NCBI GenBank assembly: GCA_964016885.1
Contig: OZ024740.1
Span: 122,326,001-122,390,000, forward strand
Direction: 5' to 3'
DNA from: Eledone cirrhosa
Lineage: Eukaryota
Length of the DNA: 64,000 nucleotides
The translations under genes and the position numbers were made by a program. Below are positions 12,780 through 27,813 of the stretch, one piece after another. Below the pieces are notes generated by a model. It saw nothing but the letters and a program-made list of their open reading frames with translations, was not told the origin of the DNA and searched no databases. The stretch's first letter is position 1, and the number at the start of each line of letters is the position of its first letter.

Positions 12780-15700
12780 GACCGTCTTGACTAAGTTGCT
12801 AATGTTATTTCCGTAAACACTGTGGCCCGTTCCGAAACAAACTGAGCCGAGACATACACTGATACCACCACCACCACCACCACAGCGCAACAGAAACTAA
12901 CAAAAAAAAATATTATTATTTCGTGACATCGAAATAGATTCACCCTGAATCGACTCTTCCACGCCGAACACCACTGACACCACCAGCACCTCCACCACAA
13001 TTGAAACTAAAAATAACAATAACAACAACAGCAACAACAACAATGGGAATAACAACAACAACATCAACACCACAGCAAAACAAAATGTGTCGTTTGCTAA
13101 AGTAGCAAAGAAAAGCGAAACAATCGAGGTAAACCAGGATAAATTAAATGAAGCCAAGCGAATGGTAAAAAAAGATGGGTACAGGGTCAGCCACACCCCC
13201 CACCTAATAAAATGGAGCATCGGCGCCTATGCACCGTGTCATATCGGACGATTTACACAAAATCACGCCGGGTGGGACGGGCATCCGAGTCGCAAATACA
13301 AAAAGCTTTCGGACATGTGTGGGCGAAAAAACCCCACATCAGATGTGGGCAGAAAAATGGTAGCGTGAACGTGTTCTTTGGAACACCACAGGAAGCCAGA
13401 GAACACTCCATGGCCCCATTAAGAAGCGACGACTTCACACTCGTCCCAAGCTATTGTGGCCAGGGACTCCTGAAGATCAGGGTCACCCACGTTCCATCGG
13501 CCATCGAAATTCCCTGGCTAATGGTTGCAGTCCTCGCCGGCATCGAGGCCAACACGAAAATAATTGAAATAACAAAAGAAAAGCAGGAGAACTGGTCCGG
13601 ATCTGGGATGAAGCACCTGATCCAAGCGAACCAAAATACCATTGAGGAAATTCCAGAGGTGATAGACCTCACTGACGGCAGCCACCTCACCGTAATCGTT
13701 GAGGATAGAGGCCTAGGTGTGTCATTTGTGGTGAAGGAACCCACCTAAAGGCTTTCTGTCCTCGGGCTAAAAAGTTGAGGCCACCTCTCTTACCCACCGC
13801 AGTGATTCAACCATCAACACCACCAGCAGCAGAAATGGCAGCAACAACTGTAGCAGCAACAACAGAAGCAACTGTAGCAACAACAACCCCAGCAACAGTA
13901 GCAAAACCAACACCACCACCACCCACCACGCCAGAACAAGCACCAGCGCCTCCAACATCCACCACGCCACAACCAAAACCAACTCATGTGGAGGATTTTC
14001 CACTCCCTGACCTATCACAACTGGAGACAGATTGTGACGAAGAGGAGTGGGAAACTGTATCAGGAAACAAAAAAAAAAGGAAAAAAACCCCAAAAGAAAA
14101 ACTGCACTTCCTTCCCCCTCCAAAAACAAAATACAGAGGGATATAAATAAACTAACAAACACAAAAGTTAGGACAGCTATGCCACCATCAACACCAGCAT
14201 CACCAAACCCATCACCACAAACACCAACACCATCATTAACCCCAACACCACCATCACCGACACCACAAAAGTCACCAAAAAGCTGAACAGTAACAAACTC
14301 ACAACAAACGCAAACAAAACAAAACAACCAAAACGATACACCCTGCACAGCATTAAATTTGAACAACAACCAAGTATTACACTACATCCAACACAACACC
14401 AGCATCACAGAAAAAGACTACACAAAACACCAAAAATTCACACCACATCCACACATACAAATCACTCTCATCACACAGAAAACGTACACAACACTAAAAC
14501 AAACATACCCCAAGGACATCGGAGACTTCCAACAAGCACTCTCAAGGAGGATTTATAAGGACATCCTTCCGGAGGAGGCCACATGCGGTGAGAAGGATGG
14601 AGATACCATTCTTTCTCTACGAGAAGTAAGGTAAGTGGTCTTTCCCATCTCTTTTTCCACTCCTTTTCAACATGACCTCACTCAGAATAGGCAGCATAAA
14701 TGCGCGTGGCTTGGGGTCGTCATGAAAGCAGGGCGATCTGCTCAACGACCTCAGGTTACTAAAAATAGATGTGGTGGCCATCAGCGAGACCAGAATCTCC
14801 GAAGCAGGTGCCTTCGCACCGATCTTCAGCGGCTACGATTTGTATGCATCTCCCAGCCGTCCTGGATCGGGGCGTGTTGCTGTGCTTTTTCGGAGAAGTT
14901 TGGAGCTCGCCATACGGCCATCTTCCTGTATTCAGAAGGTAATTTGGTGGTGCTGGACGTGACCAACGGAGACGGGAAAATCTCAAGCTAGTGACCGTCC
15001 ATGCCCCGATAGGGGCGGGGCCGCCTGATTTCTTCCGCCGTCTGGAGAACTTTCTTGGAACGTCCCGCTCTTTAGTGTTATTGGGCCACTAGAACGGGAT
15101 CTTAGAAGCACGCTGTGACTATGTGATATTAGCGGATAGGGGAATAAGGTGCAAGAGTTTCACCAATCTGCTCAGGCGTTTTGAAGTGTCTGACACGTAC
15201 CGTTTGGATTTCACGAATGTGCCAATGTGGTCTTGGACAAACCGTATCGCGTCATACAGATCATATCTAGATAGAGTATTTTTTTAGGGAATAGATAAGT
15301 CTAGCATAGCCTGTCGACAATTCAAGATAGTCAGCTTTATGGACCTCACATTTGTGATCTATTTGGTTGATTTAGATGGGTTTCATAGAAAAGTACCCGG
15401 CTACTGGAAGCTAAACGCGTCATTAACAGCGCGCAAGCCTACCGAGATCGGATTAGCGAACTAGTTAAGGGGGCGTTGACGGGGGGCCATCGTCAACAAC
15501 AAGTGGTGGTTTGCTCTGAAAAGAGCGATTAGAATAGAGTCCATTAGGTTTAACGAGGCTTTAGCAATAGAGAAAAACAGAGCGGAGGGAGAACTAGTCA
15601 GAAAATTAGACGAGGCGCTTAGCAAAGGCATCGCGACCGACGTACTTTCGGCGAAATTGGCCCTTGACCAATTCTTCAATGCAAAGCACGAAGGCAGTGT

Positions 15701-18399
15701 TGTCAGAGCTAGTGTGCTTCTCTCAGACACGAGGGGACGAAAGCCGTTCAATGGGTCCGAGTGGCGGAGGCACGTCTTGGCAACAAAGTCACAATCCAGT
15801 CTTTGGTGGACCACGCCGGGTGCATGCTACCCGATCCCGGTCAAATGTTTGAAGCTTTTCAGTGTCACTTCGCTCAGCTGTTCGGGGGGCAGCGGCGGGC
15901 CGGATCGAGAGATGGACTTTAGTGTCTACCTCGACGGGCTGCCGCGGCTTTCCGCGACTGAGCCGAAAAGCCGATAACAGCAGCTGAAGTACGGGAGGAA
16001 ATTACTGGCTGCACAAGGGGTAAATCGCCTGGTTTGGATTGTCTGCACTATGAACTTTTCGTACAGATGCCAGACTTGTTCGGAGGCCTCTTGGCGGACG
16101 TCTACTGCAACTGGCAACAGCGCGGGATAATTCGCAGCTCTGTGAGTCGAGGATCGGTGGCGCTGCTGAGAAAGGATCCGAACAAGGGGGATAACATAGA
16201 TAATTTCAGTCAAATAACACAGAGTTCAAGATTTTGGCCAAGGTGCTAGCAAAGAGGTTGGCGTTTGTCGTGGGTGGTCTGGTGGGTGAGTCGCAGACAT
16301 GCGCCATTCCCGACAGATCCGTCCACGACAACCTCCACCTCATGCGATACATCGTGGAGAGTATGGCTAGGGAACCTGGCACGGGTGGGTCCTTGATCAA
16401 TTTAGATCAGTCGAAGCTTTCGATGGGGTCGACCATCGTTACATAGCGGCAGTCCTGAGGGCGGCTGGCTTTGGGCCCGTCTTCAGAGACTGGATCGCTG
16501 CCATGCACAGCGACATCTGTTCTTTGGTGAGAGTGAACGGTCACCTTTCGGAACCGTTAATCATCATGCGCTCGGTCCGCCAAGTATGTCCCCTCTCGTC
16601 CCTCTTGTACGTATTAACTCTCGAGCCATTACTGCACAAACTGGAGAAGTTGAGTGGGGGTCCCACGTGAACTCGGATGCGGAAGATCCGCGTCAGCATA
16701 TGCGGACGATGTCACCGCAGTGGTGTCAAACGCCAAAGACATCGAGGCGATCGACACTACACTAAGAGAATACGAAGCGGTGACAGGAGCAATGATCAAC
16801 CAGGAAAATCAGTGGGCCTGCAGCTCGGCACCTGGAGAAGCAGGTCCATGCCGTCCAACAGCGTCGTTGACCGCTGGACGGTCGGACCGGTTAAATTGCT
16901 AGGGTCTGGTTCGGTCCGGACCTCCAGACGGACAAATACTGGGACGAAGTGAAGAGCAGGGTGGCTTCTCTCACCCAGAAATGTGCGGAGAAGAAGCTAT
17001 CTCTGAAAGGTCGAGCAGAGGTGGCTTAGGCGTACATTCCGTCCGTCATCTACTACCACCTGATCGTCATACCTTGTCCGACGCCTCGCCTGACTGTGCT
17101 GGAGCGTTTGCTCTTTCGCTTTTTGTAGAAGGGACGCGCTTCGATGGTCATGTGGTTCATCTGCTGTCAACACCCGCTACGTGGAGGGCTGGGCATGCCG
17201 TGGGTGATGATGGGCAGACACGTGCTCAGGCTACGGCATCTCCACCCCTTCCTCGAAGGTGATCAGGTGTGGTCGCCGTTTGCTACACGCGTCTTTCCCC
17301 AGCTCGTCTCCTTGACGGAGCTGTCGTCCTGCGTCAAGCGAAGACCGAGAGGGAGCGCTTGGAGACAGGAATGTCTTCAGGCACTCACAGCCCTCGACCA
17401 ATCGAGCAATGTGATCGGTGGAAACTCCACATTGAGTTCTATAGAAGACTAGTGGAGGGGAAGAGCGACGACGTATTGGGGAAACTCTAGGCGTCGACGA
17501 AAATCAACTAGCCAATCTCTTCGGAAGAACTTTCGCGCCGGGGCCTATGGACAACTTCCAGAAATCTCTGGCCTGGCAGTGCTACCGAGGCGCTTTGCCA
17601 GTTCGGGATAAACTCTACAGGAATGGAGGTGCCGTCAGCCGGACATGTCCGAGATGCGCGCAGGGCGACGAAACCGTCCTGCGCGCACTCGTCCAATGTC
17701 CGAAAATTGCTGACTTGTGGGTTTATGTTGAACACCTGCTGTCGCGTATAGGACGGATTTGGCTATCAGCTGAGTCCATCGTGAGGATTGCTCCACCCTC
17801 TTCCTTTAGCCGGGACGGGCAGGCAGTTTTTATCTGTCTGGTGGCCATGGTGAAAGAGATAGTATGGTGGACACGTTTGAAAGGGCTGAAGACGAGAACT
17901 TACCTCTTCGGTGATACACTGATTAACTTTTTCAAATTTCATTTGAAAAGGAAAATCAGGGTAGAAAGGGAAGTGCTCTCTTCCCAGCATTTTGTTGAAA
18001 GATGGATGAGCGAAGCAACAATTGGCCGAGTGAATGGGCCTACTATGAGTATGTGTCTGTAAATTAAAGGTGGAAATCTGGGAGCGGGCATTTGACATGG
18101 TGGTCAGGTCACTGTGGCTTTTTAATGGGCTTTCTCCACGAATGTCCTTCGGAATTATTCCTCGTATAGGGGAATCTTTCATTGTTATTTTTGTTACATC
18201 CTGTTCTTGTTTTTTTACACGATGTTCCTCGGAAGTCCCCTCCCCCCCTTATTGGGGAATTTGTTCATTATTCTATCATTACATCCTCTCTTTTTTTGTT
18301 TTTTTACAACCAGAAATGCCCGTTTTCACCGTCATGTATTGTCATGTACTGTCCTTAATATCTACTTCATATAAACCCTTGTGGTTAATAAAGAAAGCA
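12780..18399 (+). mobile_element. Tx1/L1-clade LINE, near full length, disrupted
   Basis: Gag-like ORF1 with CCHC knuckle CVICGEGTHLKAFC near 13718-13760. ORF2 has an APE start (MTSLRIGSINARGL, DVVAISETR), RT motifs (AYADDV) and a C-terminal CPRC..DET...C. AATAAA at ~18387. The 5' boundary is approximate. Confidence 0.88.
14672..18062 (+). pseudogene. Tx1 ORF2 (APE endonuclease, reverse transcriptase, zinc finger), frameshifted
   Basis: ORF pieces 14771, 16034, 16234, 16654, 17144 and 17547 join into a colinear L1-type ORF2. Confidence 0.88.
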
Positions 18400-18416
18400 T
18401 TATTATTATTATTATT

Positions 18417-21400
18417 ACAGGTGGATTTATCTTGCTTTATGTTCGTACGAGTTATCACCAAGTCACAACCAGTGACCTCAAGAGACAACAAGGTCCGCCA
18501 TGTATTGTGATGTACCTGTATTGACAGAATTTTCCTTAGTATATGGGCAGTTCCCATTAGTACTATCTTTTGTATTTCTCCTATACGCGGGTTTCCTGGG
18601 ATTTGCGATAAGTAATCATTAGACCCCTTAGGTATCAATCCTAGAGCGCCTACAACCACTGGTATTGCTTTAGTTCTCAATTTCCACATTTTTCCAATTT
18701 CTATCTCCAGGTCCTTATACTTGCTCAATTTTTCAAATGTTTTATAGATACATTCTTGTCTATTGAAACCTACATATCAATTAGCAGCCATACCCTCTTT
18801 TTAAAGTCCTTCAGTATTATATCAGGTCTATTTGCATTTATTTTTCGGTCTGTTTGGATGGAAAAGTTCCACAAGAGTGAGATGTGATGTTTTTCATGTA
18901 TGGGAGGTGGTTGATGCTCCCACCAATTCTTTTGATGGGGCAGGTCAAAATGCTTACACATTATCCAATGTATGTATTGTGCAGATCTGTCATGCCTGTT
19001 TAGGTATTCGGTTGAAGCTATAGGACTGCAAATTGAAATGATATGGTCAATGGTCTCTGGTTGTTTTTTACATACACAGCATAATGGGCTGCATCTATTT
19101 TTTTATTATGTTGGCTTGGTAATTTTTTGTTGGCAAACACTGATCTTGTGCTGATATAATCAGTCCTTCAGTCTCTGATTTCAGTCCAGAGGATGCCAAC
19201 CACTGATGGGTTAAAGTTTTGTCAACATCAGGATTGTTAGCTCGTTCTGGGTATTTTCCATACAGAGGCTTTTCTTGACATTTCTTAGCCAGTTTCTGTA
19301 GCAGTTTTTTCTTTGCAGTTACTTTTACCTGCTTTGCTTTTTCTGTGTTTTCCATTTCAGCAGTAAATGGGACTTCTGAAAAGTATAGTCCATTACTGTA
19401 TCTTTGTGCATCTATTGTAATGGAGTATGATCTTTTGATGCTTTCGTGCTTCAAAACGAGTTTGATCATCCAATAATGTGATTCCCTTAGATATGTAGAT
19501 AATCCAATATTTGCAGTTTTCAACGCAATGTCTAACTGGATAAACCCACGTCCTCCTTCTTTCCTAGGGAGATATATTCTATTTGTATCTGCCTTAGGGT
19601 GATGCATTCTGTACATGGTTAAGAATTTTCGAAATTTTGTATCGAGCCTACGGATCTCTGTGCTTGACCAGTTGATGACATTGTAACTGTAGGTTACTAC
19701 TGGTATGGCAAGCGTGTTTATGGCATCGGTCCTATTCCTTGCATTCAATTCCGTTCTTAAGATTGCTCTTACTCTGCGGTAACATTCCTTCCTTATCCTT
19801 TCCCTCATTGTCGAGTGCTTGGTTCCGTCTCCTTCACAAACACCTAGATATTTGTAAGTTTCCTATTGATCAAGTTCTCTTATACTATTCCCTCGATCAA
19901 GATTAATGTCTGAACTTTTCAGCAGCTTTCCTCTGGTGAACGTTGCTTTGGCGCATTTATCTAGTCCAAACTCCATTTTAATGTCATCACTGAACTGCTC
20001 CACAGTGGATAATAGCCCTTGCAATTGTTCATCATTGTTTGCAAATAGTTTCAGGTCATCCATGTAGAACAAGTGATTAATTGTTTTGCATAGACTTTAT
20101 ATCCATGTTTTGTTTCATTGAGCATTTTACTTAATGGTATAAGTAGTGCGATGCAGAATAAAACGGTGATAAAGAGTCACCCTGAAAAATTCCACAATTA
20201 ATATTAACTTCTCCAGCTTCCAGTGACTTTGTTTCACTATTCAAAAGGAGTGTCGTTTTACATGTCTTCATACTGAACGACAAAAACCTCCTGACAACGG
20301 GAGATATTTTGAAAATCTCTAAACATTTTTCAATCCAACTGTGTGGCAAACTATCGAATGGTTTTTTATAATCTATGCAAGCAATTGATAGATTTTTGTG
20401 TCTATTATAATAATCTTCCAGTATCATTTTGTTAACCAAAAGCTGATCCTTACAGCCATATGAGCTTCGTTTACACCTTTTCAGCTCAATGGGAAATAGG
20501 TCATTTGTTATCAGGTGGTCATATGTATATTCAGTTAGGACTGATGTTAAAATGTTATACATTGTGGTCAAGCAAATTAACGGTCTGTAATTTTTGGGAT
20601 TGTTTGTCTCAACATTCTTCGCAAGCAGGAATGTAATGCCGTTAACTAGCCATGATGGTATCTTTTCTGGCTCCTTAACTATTTCATTGTAAAGTTGGGC
20701 TAATAGCTCATGAGACTCTGTGAAGGCATTTATCCAACATTTTTGTATTTTGTCTTTTCCTGGGGATTTCCATTTGCTGGTTTTTCTAAGAGTCAAACGC
20801 AACTGTTCAACTGTTATATTTTCCCATATTTGTTCCTCAAGGTAAGCTGTATCTTTCAATCGTCTGTCTATCCATGGTGCATGTATATTATGAACTTTTT
20901 CTTCGGCCCAGATCTTTTTCCAGAATTCTTGCACTTCCTCCTTGGGGGGTATTGATTTAGCAGTTATTGTTGACTTACCAATTTTTCTGTAGAAGTTTCT
21001 TTGGTTGTTTTTGAACATATTATTGTCCTTATAGAATCTAGATCGTTTTTCAAAGCGACTTATACGAGCAGCTTTGGCCGACACTTTTTGCTTGATTATT
21101 TCTATGTCACTTGTTGATTTTATACTGTACTTTCTTTTCAATTTTGTAAGTTTAGTTTGTTTAACATGTTCCCCTACTTTATAGTTTGTTAAAATGTCTA
21201 TGTCAGATCGGAGAAGGTTTATTTGGCGATTGATGTTCTCTTGCCAAGTAGATTTCTTGTGGGAATTCCTTTGTTTTTTTCATTTTCACTGCACATAAGT
21301 GATTGGTGACTTTAGCCGATGCATAATAGAGATGATTTAAATCAGTAATGTTTAGTTTGTTTGTGATGATAATGTTTGAGAATTATGTTAGTCTTGTGTA

Positions 21401-22130
21401 TTTTCTTTTGGTTCTGTTTGGAGTTCTGGATCTTAGGGAGGGTATCTCGTTCCCCCATGTCAGATTCTTTCATTTTAACCCATTCGATCATAATTTCATC
21501 CGTCAAGTGGGCAAGTTCATTCTCATTCATTTCTTTATCATTTACGATCTCATTGTTTTCCTTTTGAGTTTCATCTTGAGCATGCACTCCCTCCACTTTT
21601 TCGATCCTTTCTTTAATTTGTTTTGTTGTCAGTGATTCCGCCCCAAACCTGGGATTCGAAGTGTTACAATTTACCTGGTTTTCACTGACACATGTTTCAT
21701 TTTCCCTTCGCTGACTTTGTGCTAATAGCTTGATCTGATCAATTTCTATATCAGTTAGTCACTTTTTTTTACAATATTTCTTCATATATTGGCTAGTTTG
21801 TTAATGTCAATATAGCCTCTGTTTTCGGGATGTTTCATTTTCCAGTTGATATATGTCTGTTCTGTATTAGATGTATTTGATGGGTAGTACATGGCAGTGT
21901 AGAAAGCCTCAAGGACTTCTTCATTATCTTCCCTTGACCATTTTTCTCTCTTTTTCTTTGGATTTCTTGGTGGTGAGCATGGAGAGCCAACAGTAGGAGT
22001 ATTCCGGTTATGGGAGGTCTCCAGCTCCGAAGTAATGGGAAGGTTTGAACCATTAGCTGATTTTTCGAGACCAGTCTGATTCCTCTCTAAGGGACGCGGC
22101 ACTTTTTGACCCGGATGACGGCCGAAGCGG

Positions 22131-22131
<1 letters not shown>
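18417..22131 (-). mobile_element. Dong/R4-type non-LTR retrotransposon (family A), RT plus restriction-like endonuclease, disrupted
   Basis: ORFs with WKSPGKD, NYRPL.CL, GIFQGDSLSP, FYMDDLKLF, WNFSIQTDR...RPDI and KYKDL..E. Bounded by (TTA)n at 18400-18416 and 22132-22172. Confidence 0.88.
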
Positions 22132-22171
<40 letters not shown>

Positions 22172-22175
22172 GTTA

Positions 22176-22648
22176 ATACACTTTGAGTATCAGTCATTGA
22201 TGTTAGTTAACTGGAAAGTTTGTTGAAATGAATATCAAGCCACTACCTGCAGCCTCAGATATTCAGGACGTATCGGAGGGTCCTTGCTGTTCCCAGCAAG
22301 CATGCCTTTTGAAGCGTTCCAAAAAGCGTGAGGGGGCCAATTTTCTTTAACCATCCCTGGAAACTTTTTTAGATAGTCCCTAGTGCGCCTACGACAATCG
22401 AGATCACTTTGACTTCATGACAGTTCCAAATCCTTTTTACCTCCCACTTTAAGTCCTGGTACCGGTTAATTTTCTCCCTCTCCTTCTCTTGCACTCTCGT
22501 GTCGAATGGGCAGGCCACATCCACAATCAGGCACGATCTTGTTTCTTTGTCCAAAACCACCAGGTCAGGTCTATTGTGTTCCAGTTTCTTGTCCGTCTGT
22601 ATCCTAAAATCCCACAGCACCTTCACCTGATCGTTTTCTATCACCGCC
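22176..22648 (-). mobile_element. Dong/R4 family B, 5'-truncated 3' end (RLE domain)
   Basis: WDFRIQTDKKLEHNRPDLVV..IVDVACPFD..EK..RYQDL; (TTA)n on both sides; closely similar to 54225-54692. Confidence 0.9.
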
Positions 22649-22683
<35 letters not shown>

Positions 22684-22713
22684 GTATTATTTTTATCACT
22701 ATATATTATAAGC

Positions 22714-22758
<45 letters not shown>

Positions 22759-22789
22759 CTTATAAGGATACTTTAAAAACAAAATAAAT

Positions 22790-23704
22790 AAATTAAATAA
22801 AAATAAAATAAAATAAAATAAATAGACATTCGATTTCTCTGCAAACACGTTCAGTTTTTTTCATAGTGATGTAAAAGGGAAACTTGAAAAGGTTTGCAGA
22901 ACACCTCACATGTAATTCCCAGACCATGATTGAACTACCAGACCAGGATTGAACCTCCCAAACAGGGTTACACCATCTCTAACACTTCCCACTAGGCCAC
23001 CGAGACAGCTACTAACGTCTACTGAAAATCAATGTTTATAAACCTAACTTCAAAATGAAATAAAATTAGTTAAATTAAATACATTGTCTTGAAACCAAAT
23101 GCTTCTTTGACTATGAGATACTAGATGGCCATAGGAAATGCATTACATTGATCAGTGTTTGGGTGGCATATAAACTGCTAATTTCACCCTCTCAGCTGGC
23201 ACTGACTTTGGTTTAACTGTCCGTAGAGGATCCTACGATAAGTTTATTTGTGCCCTTAACTGCTACTTTCAACTTCTCACCTGGCACTGACTATGGTGTA
23301 ACTGGCCTTAGAGGATCCTACGATAAGTATACGTCTTTAAACTGCTTATTTCACCTTCTCACTTGGCACTGACTATGGTTTAGCTGGCTGTAGAGGTTTC
23401 TACGAGAAGGTGAGGCCCTTCAACTGTTTATTTTATCTATGACCATGGTGTAATTGACCATAGAATATCCTACTAAAAACTGACGTGCCTTTAAAACGAA
23501 CAATTCACTTGCTAACTAGGCCAATAAAACAACTACCAAAATCTACGGAAAATGAATTCTTATAAAGCTATTTTTAAAATAAAATAAATGAATTAAATTA
23601 ATATTAAATCAAATTAAATAAATACATGTTGGGGTTCCCCCCAAGTTTTTCAGTTTTTTCAAAGTGATGTAAAAGGAAAATTGAATAAGATTAATAGGAC
23701 ACCT

Positions 23705-23706
<2 letters not shown>
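22790..23706. repeat. Element with diverged ~95-bp terminal direct repeats and an internal array of ~4 x 83 bp (23170-23525)
   Basis: TTCAGTTTTTT..AGTGATGTAAAAGG at ~22850 and ~23649; TGGCACTGACT..GGT.TA.CTG.C.GTAGAGG..CCTACG recurs near 23196, 23281 and 23363. Confidence 0.65.
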
Positions 23707-23736
<30 letters not shown>

Positions 23737-23749
23737 TATATAGTTTAAG

Positions 23750-23817
<68 letters not shown>

Positions 23818-23876
23818 TTATTTATTTATATCAGTATACATGAATACACATACACATGCATATGTAAGGATTGGTC

Positions 23877-24537
<661 letters not shown>

Positions 24538-24645
24538 AGAACAAAAGATGGTTAAAAGAGTTCCATGTATTTTATTATGCGCATTTCAAAAACATTTTAT
24601 CCGATATCTGCATTGCTTTATTGTACTACAATAAAACTTACCTCC

Positions 24646-24717
<72 letters not shown>

Positions 24718-25515
24718 AATGGCGGGGAGATCGAGAACAGGTAGTAATAAATTGATGCGTGATATAACGAATTATTTGAATCACTATAATTACATTACGT
24801 GCGCATTGTTTAATTATTATATGGGTAATCTAAATATTTAATTCCTGCAGAGGACCGTACATATACAGAGACGTATAATACGCCTCTGTATAATGGTTGT
24901 TGGCGATAATTTGTTCTGAACCCCGCATTACCAGACCCACATGCGTATACATTTCAACTATTATTCAAAGATATTTAGTCAGGTTCGTGCAAACATTTAT
25001 TCACATCTTCATATTTTTGGATATCCATACGCATGCATGGACACACATGCACTCACAAACATACATCAATTCATCCTAGTTTAAGTAGGAATAAGTGTGC
25101 TCGAACGCGCTGAAATGAATAACACCGATAAACGAACCTTAATAATACACTTATAATAATGAAGCTAAAGTATAAAGAAGGAGAGTGAATGGAAGGTTTC
25201 CAGCCGCAATAACTCAGCATAATCATGGACATATAAAATCTTAAATTATAGCTGTATTCTAAAACCGAGATATAAACCTAAGACGGTCTTAACATTTTAT
25301 CGGAAAGAGTGAAGTTAACTGGAACATAGAATGCGTTTCGAAGTAACGACTGAGGAAAGCAAAGAAAAGAAGGTGATATGGTTTGAGTTCAACAAAATCA
25401 TTCAGAGCGTTTACCACACCATGATAATAAGAACCATATAATATTTTTGATATTTTCTACAGTTCTCCTTGAGTGCGCTTATATGCAATAAATAAATATG
25501 TTTGGGTGTGTGGCA

Positions 25516-25596
<81 letters not shown>

Positions 25597-25620
25597 GAGA
25601 GAGAGAGAGAGAGAGAGAGA

Positions 25621-26660
25621 GGATTAGTATATCTACCAACATATGTATACAGATGTATACCCATGCTAGCAAATATATATGCTATGTCTTAGTACCATTG
25701 TGGCTCTATGCAGGGGGATGCAGAACAATTATATGAAAGACGTAAAATAAGAACATTTTTAAAATTAAAAAGTAACTTACTTACTAAAATTTTCACTCCA
25801 ACTAATTAATTGCTGTAAGGGAATAAATATAGTTACGTAACGTAACTATAGAGAAGTCCTTACGTCATCAGGGAGCCTATTCTCAGCTAAGTTCCCAGGC
25901 AATGCGCGGACACTAGGAACCCATATAAAAATAATAATTCAGTGGATCGAATAAAGCTAGCGGGGACTAAATTCCAGGGCACTGAAAACATTCACTGCCT
26001 CCGTGGTCAGTGGCAAATTCTAAAGAATCAATCACGTGACACTGAGGTTAATCAGTGAGGAGTGGTGTGGTATTATGACAAGACCCTAACTACTACCATG
26101 AATCATAGCAGTAAATTTTGGCAAGTTTTGCTCAACAAATAATTTGGAGATAAATATAGAGAATTAGTATATCTACCAACATATGTATACAGATGTATAC
26201 CCATGCTAGAAAATATATATGTTATGTCTTAGTACCGTTGTGGTTCTATGCAGGCGGATGCAGAACAATTATATGAAAGACGTAAAATAAGTTCATGGTA
26301 GTAGTTAGGCTATTGTCATTATACTACCGCACTCCTCACTGATTAACCTCAGTGTCACGTGATTGATTCTTTAAAATTTGCCACTGACCAAGGAGGCAGT
26401 GAATTTTTTCAGCGCCCTGGAATGTTGTCCCCGCTAGCTTTATTCCATCCACTGAATTATTATTTTTATATGGGTTCCTAGTGTCCGCGCATTGCCTGGG
26501 AACTTAACTGAGAATAGACTCCCTGATGACGTAAGGAATTCTCTATAGTTACGTTACCTAACTATATTTATTCCCTTACAGAAACTAATTAGTTGGAGTG
26601 AAAATTTTAGTAAGTTAATTTATAATTTTAAAAATGTTCTTATTTTACGTCTTTCATATA
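25621..26660. mobile_element. ~540-bp hammerhead unit: about 1.25 copies on minus plus an inverted plus-strand copy
   Basis: 25621-25751 repeats at 26161-26291; 26292-26660 is the reverse complement of ~25731-26103. Confidence 0.85.
26501..26616 (+). ncRNA. Type I hammerhead ribozyme with intact core
   Basis: ACTCC CTGATGA(26523-29) c GTAAGG...CCTTAC a GAAA(26581-84) CTAATTAG TT GGAGT. Stem I extends as AACTTA-CTGAGAAT/ATTTTAG-TAAGTT. The minus copy at ~25780-25893 has GCAA in place of GAAA. Confidence 0.8.
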
Positions 26661-26676
26661 TATATATATATATATA

Positions 26677-26756
<80 letters not shown>

Positions 26757-27780
26757 ATAATATGTATATATATGTGTATATATATGTGTGTGTATGTGTG
26801 TGTGTTTGTGTATCTCCACGCTTGTATGACTCTAAGTGTAAGTATTAATATATTTCTTAATTCTTAACTTTGGATAATTAAATTTATATATATCACTACT
26901 TTTTGTTAATCTGCGCATATGTTGAGCTCTCTGATTCAGCATTACAGGCAGGAAATGCCGAATTAAATAATAAGTTACCTAGTGAAATATTTAATATAGA
27001 TATTAAAATATACTCGCGCACATAAACACAAATAAACATATTTTGTATACCTTAATACGTTTCTACAAACACACAAGCACACATGTATGTATTGTCTGGG
27101 ACTGAATATAGCAGAGCTCTTCCCGAGAAAGATAGAATGTGACACAATAGAGGTGAGAAAGAAATATACAGGGAAATATGGCCCCCGTACTGGACTGGTA
27201 ATTTTTATCGACCTCGAAACATCAGTTTGGCCTCGACAGGATTTGGACGTAGAGAGAAGGGGGCCGGAATGAATACAGCACATTTGTTTTATCGGATGTT
27301 TTAACGAATGTAAATTCACCACTTGCAAATTAACTTTTAGGCCGAACAGGTATTATTAAGTGGCATTTGTAATGCAAATTAGATCAATAATTACAGAATG
27401 TAGCTTTATATATACATAAAGTCCCGCTTTGACCAGTTTTGCTCGATGACCGAACAATTTAAAATAATCAGAAGAATTAAGTCAAAATACAACACAGCCC
27501 CCATGACATTCGGAAACATTTTATCACGCTCAATGTTGTTGAAGCCTGAAACTAACTAACTGCATCCTTTAAAATATTAATGCTTCTTGAAATTCGCCAA
27601 CACTATACCTGATGTACCCCTCCACGCACACATGTATATCATGACTCATACACTGTTCATTTTCCTGACATTTGTACATTATTCTATGTACTATACATGC
27701 AACTTTGATGAGCTGTAGTGCACCTGAGCACGATACACAATAATTTCATTATTATTTTTAATAGTTAATCAGAGCAGTTT

Positions 27781-27810
<30 letters not shown>

Positions 27811-27813
<3 letters not shown>

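Noticed and set aside
24560-24620. Minus-strand GAAATGCGCATA palindromic stem III
   Set aside because: There is no upstream CUGANGA, so it is only a possible half motif.
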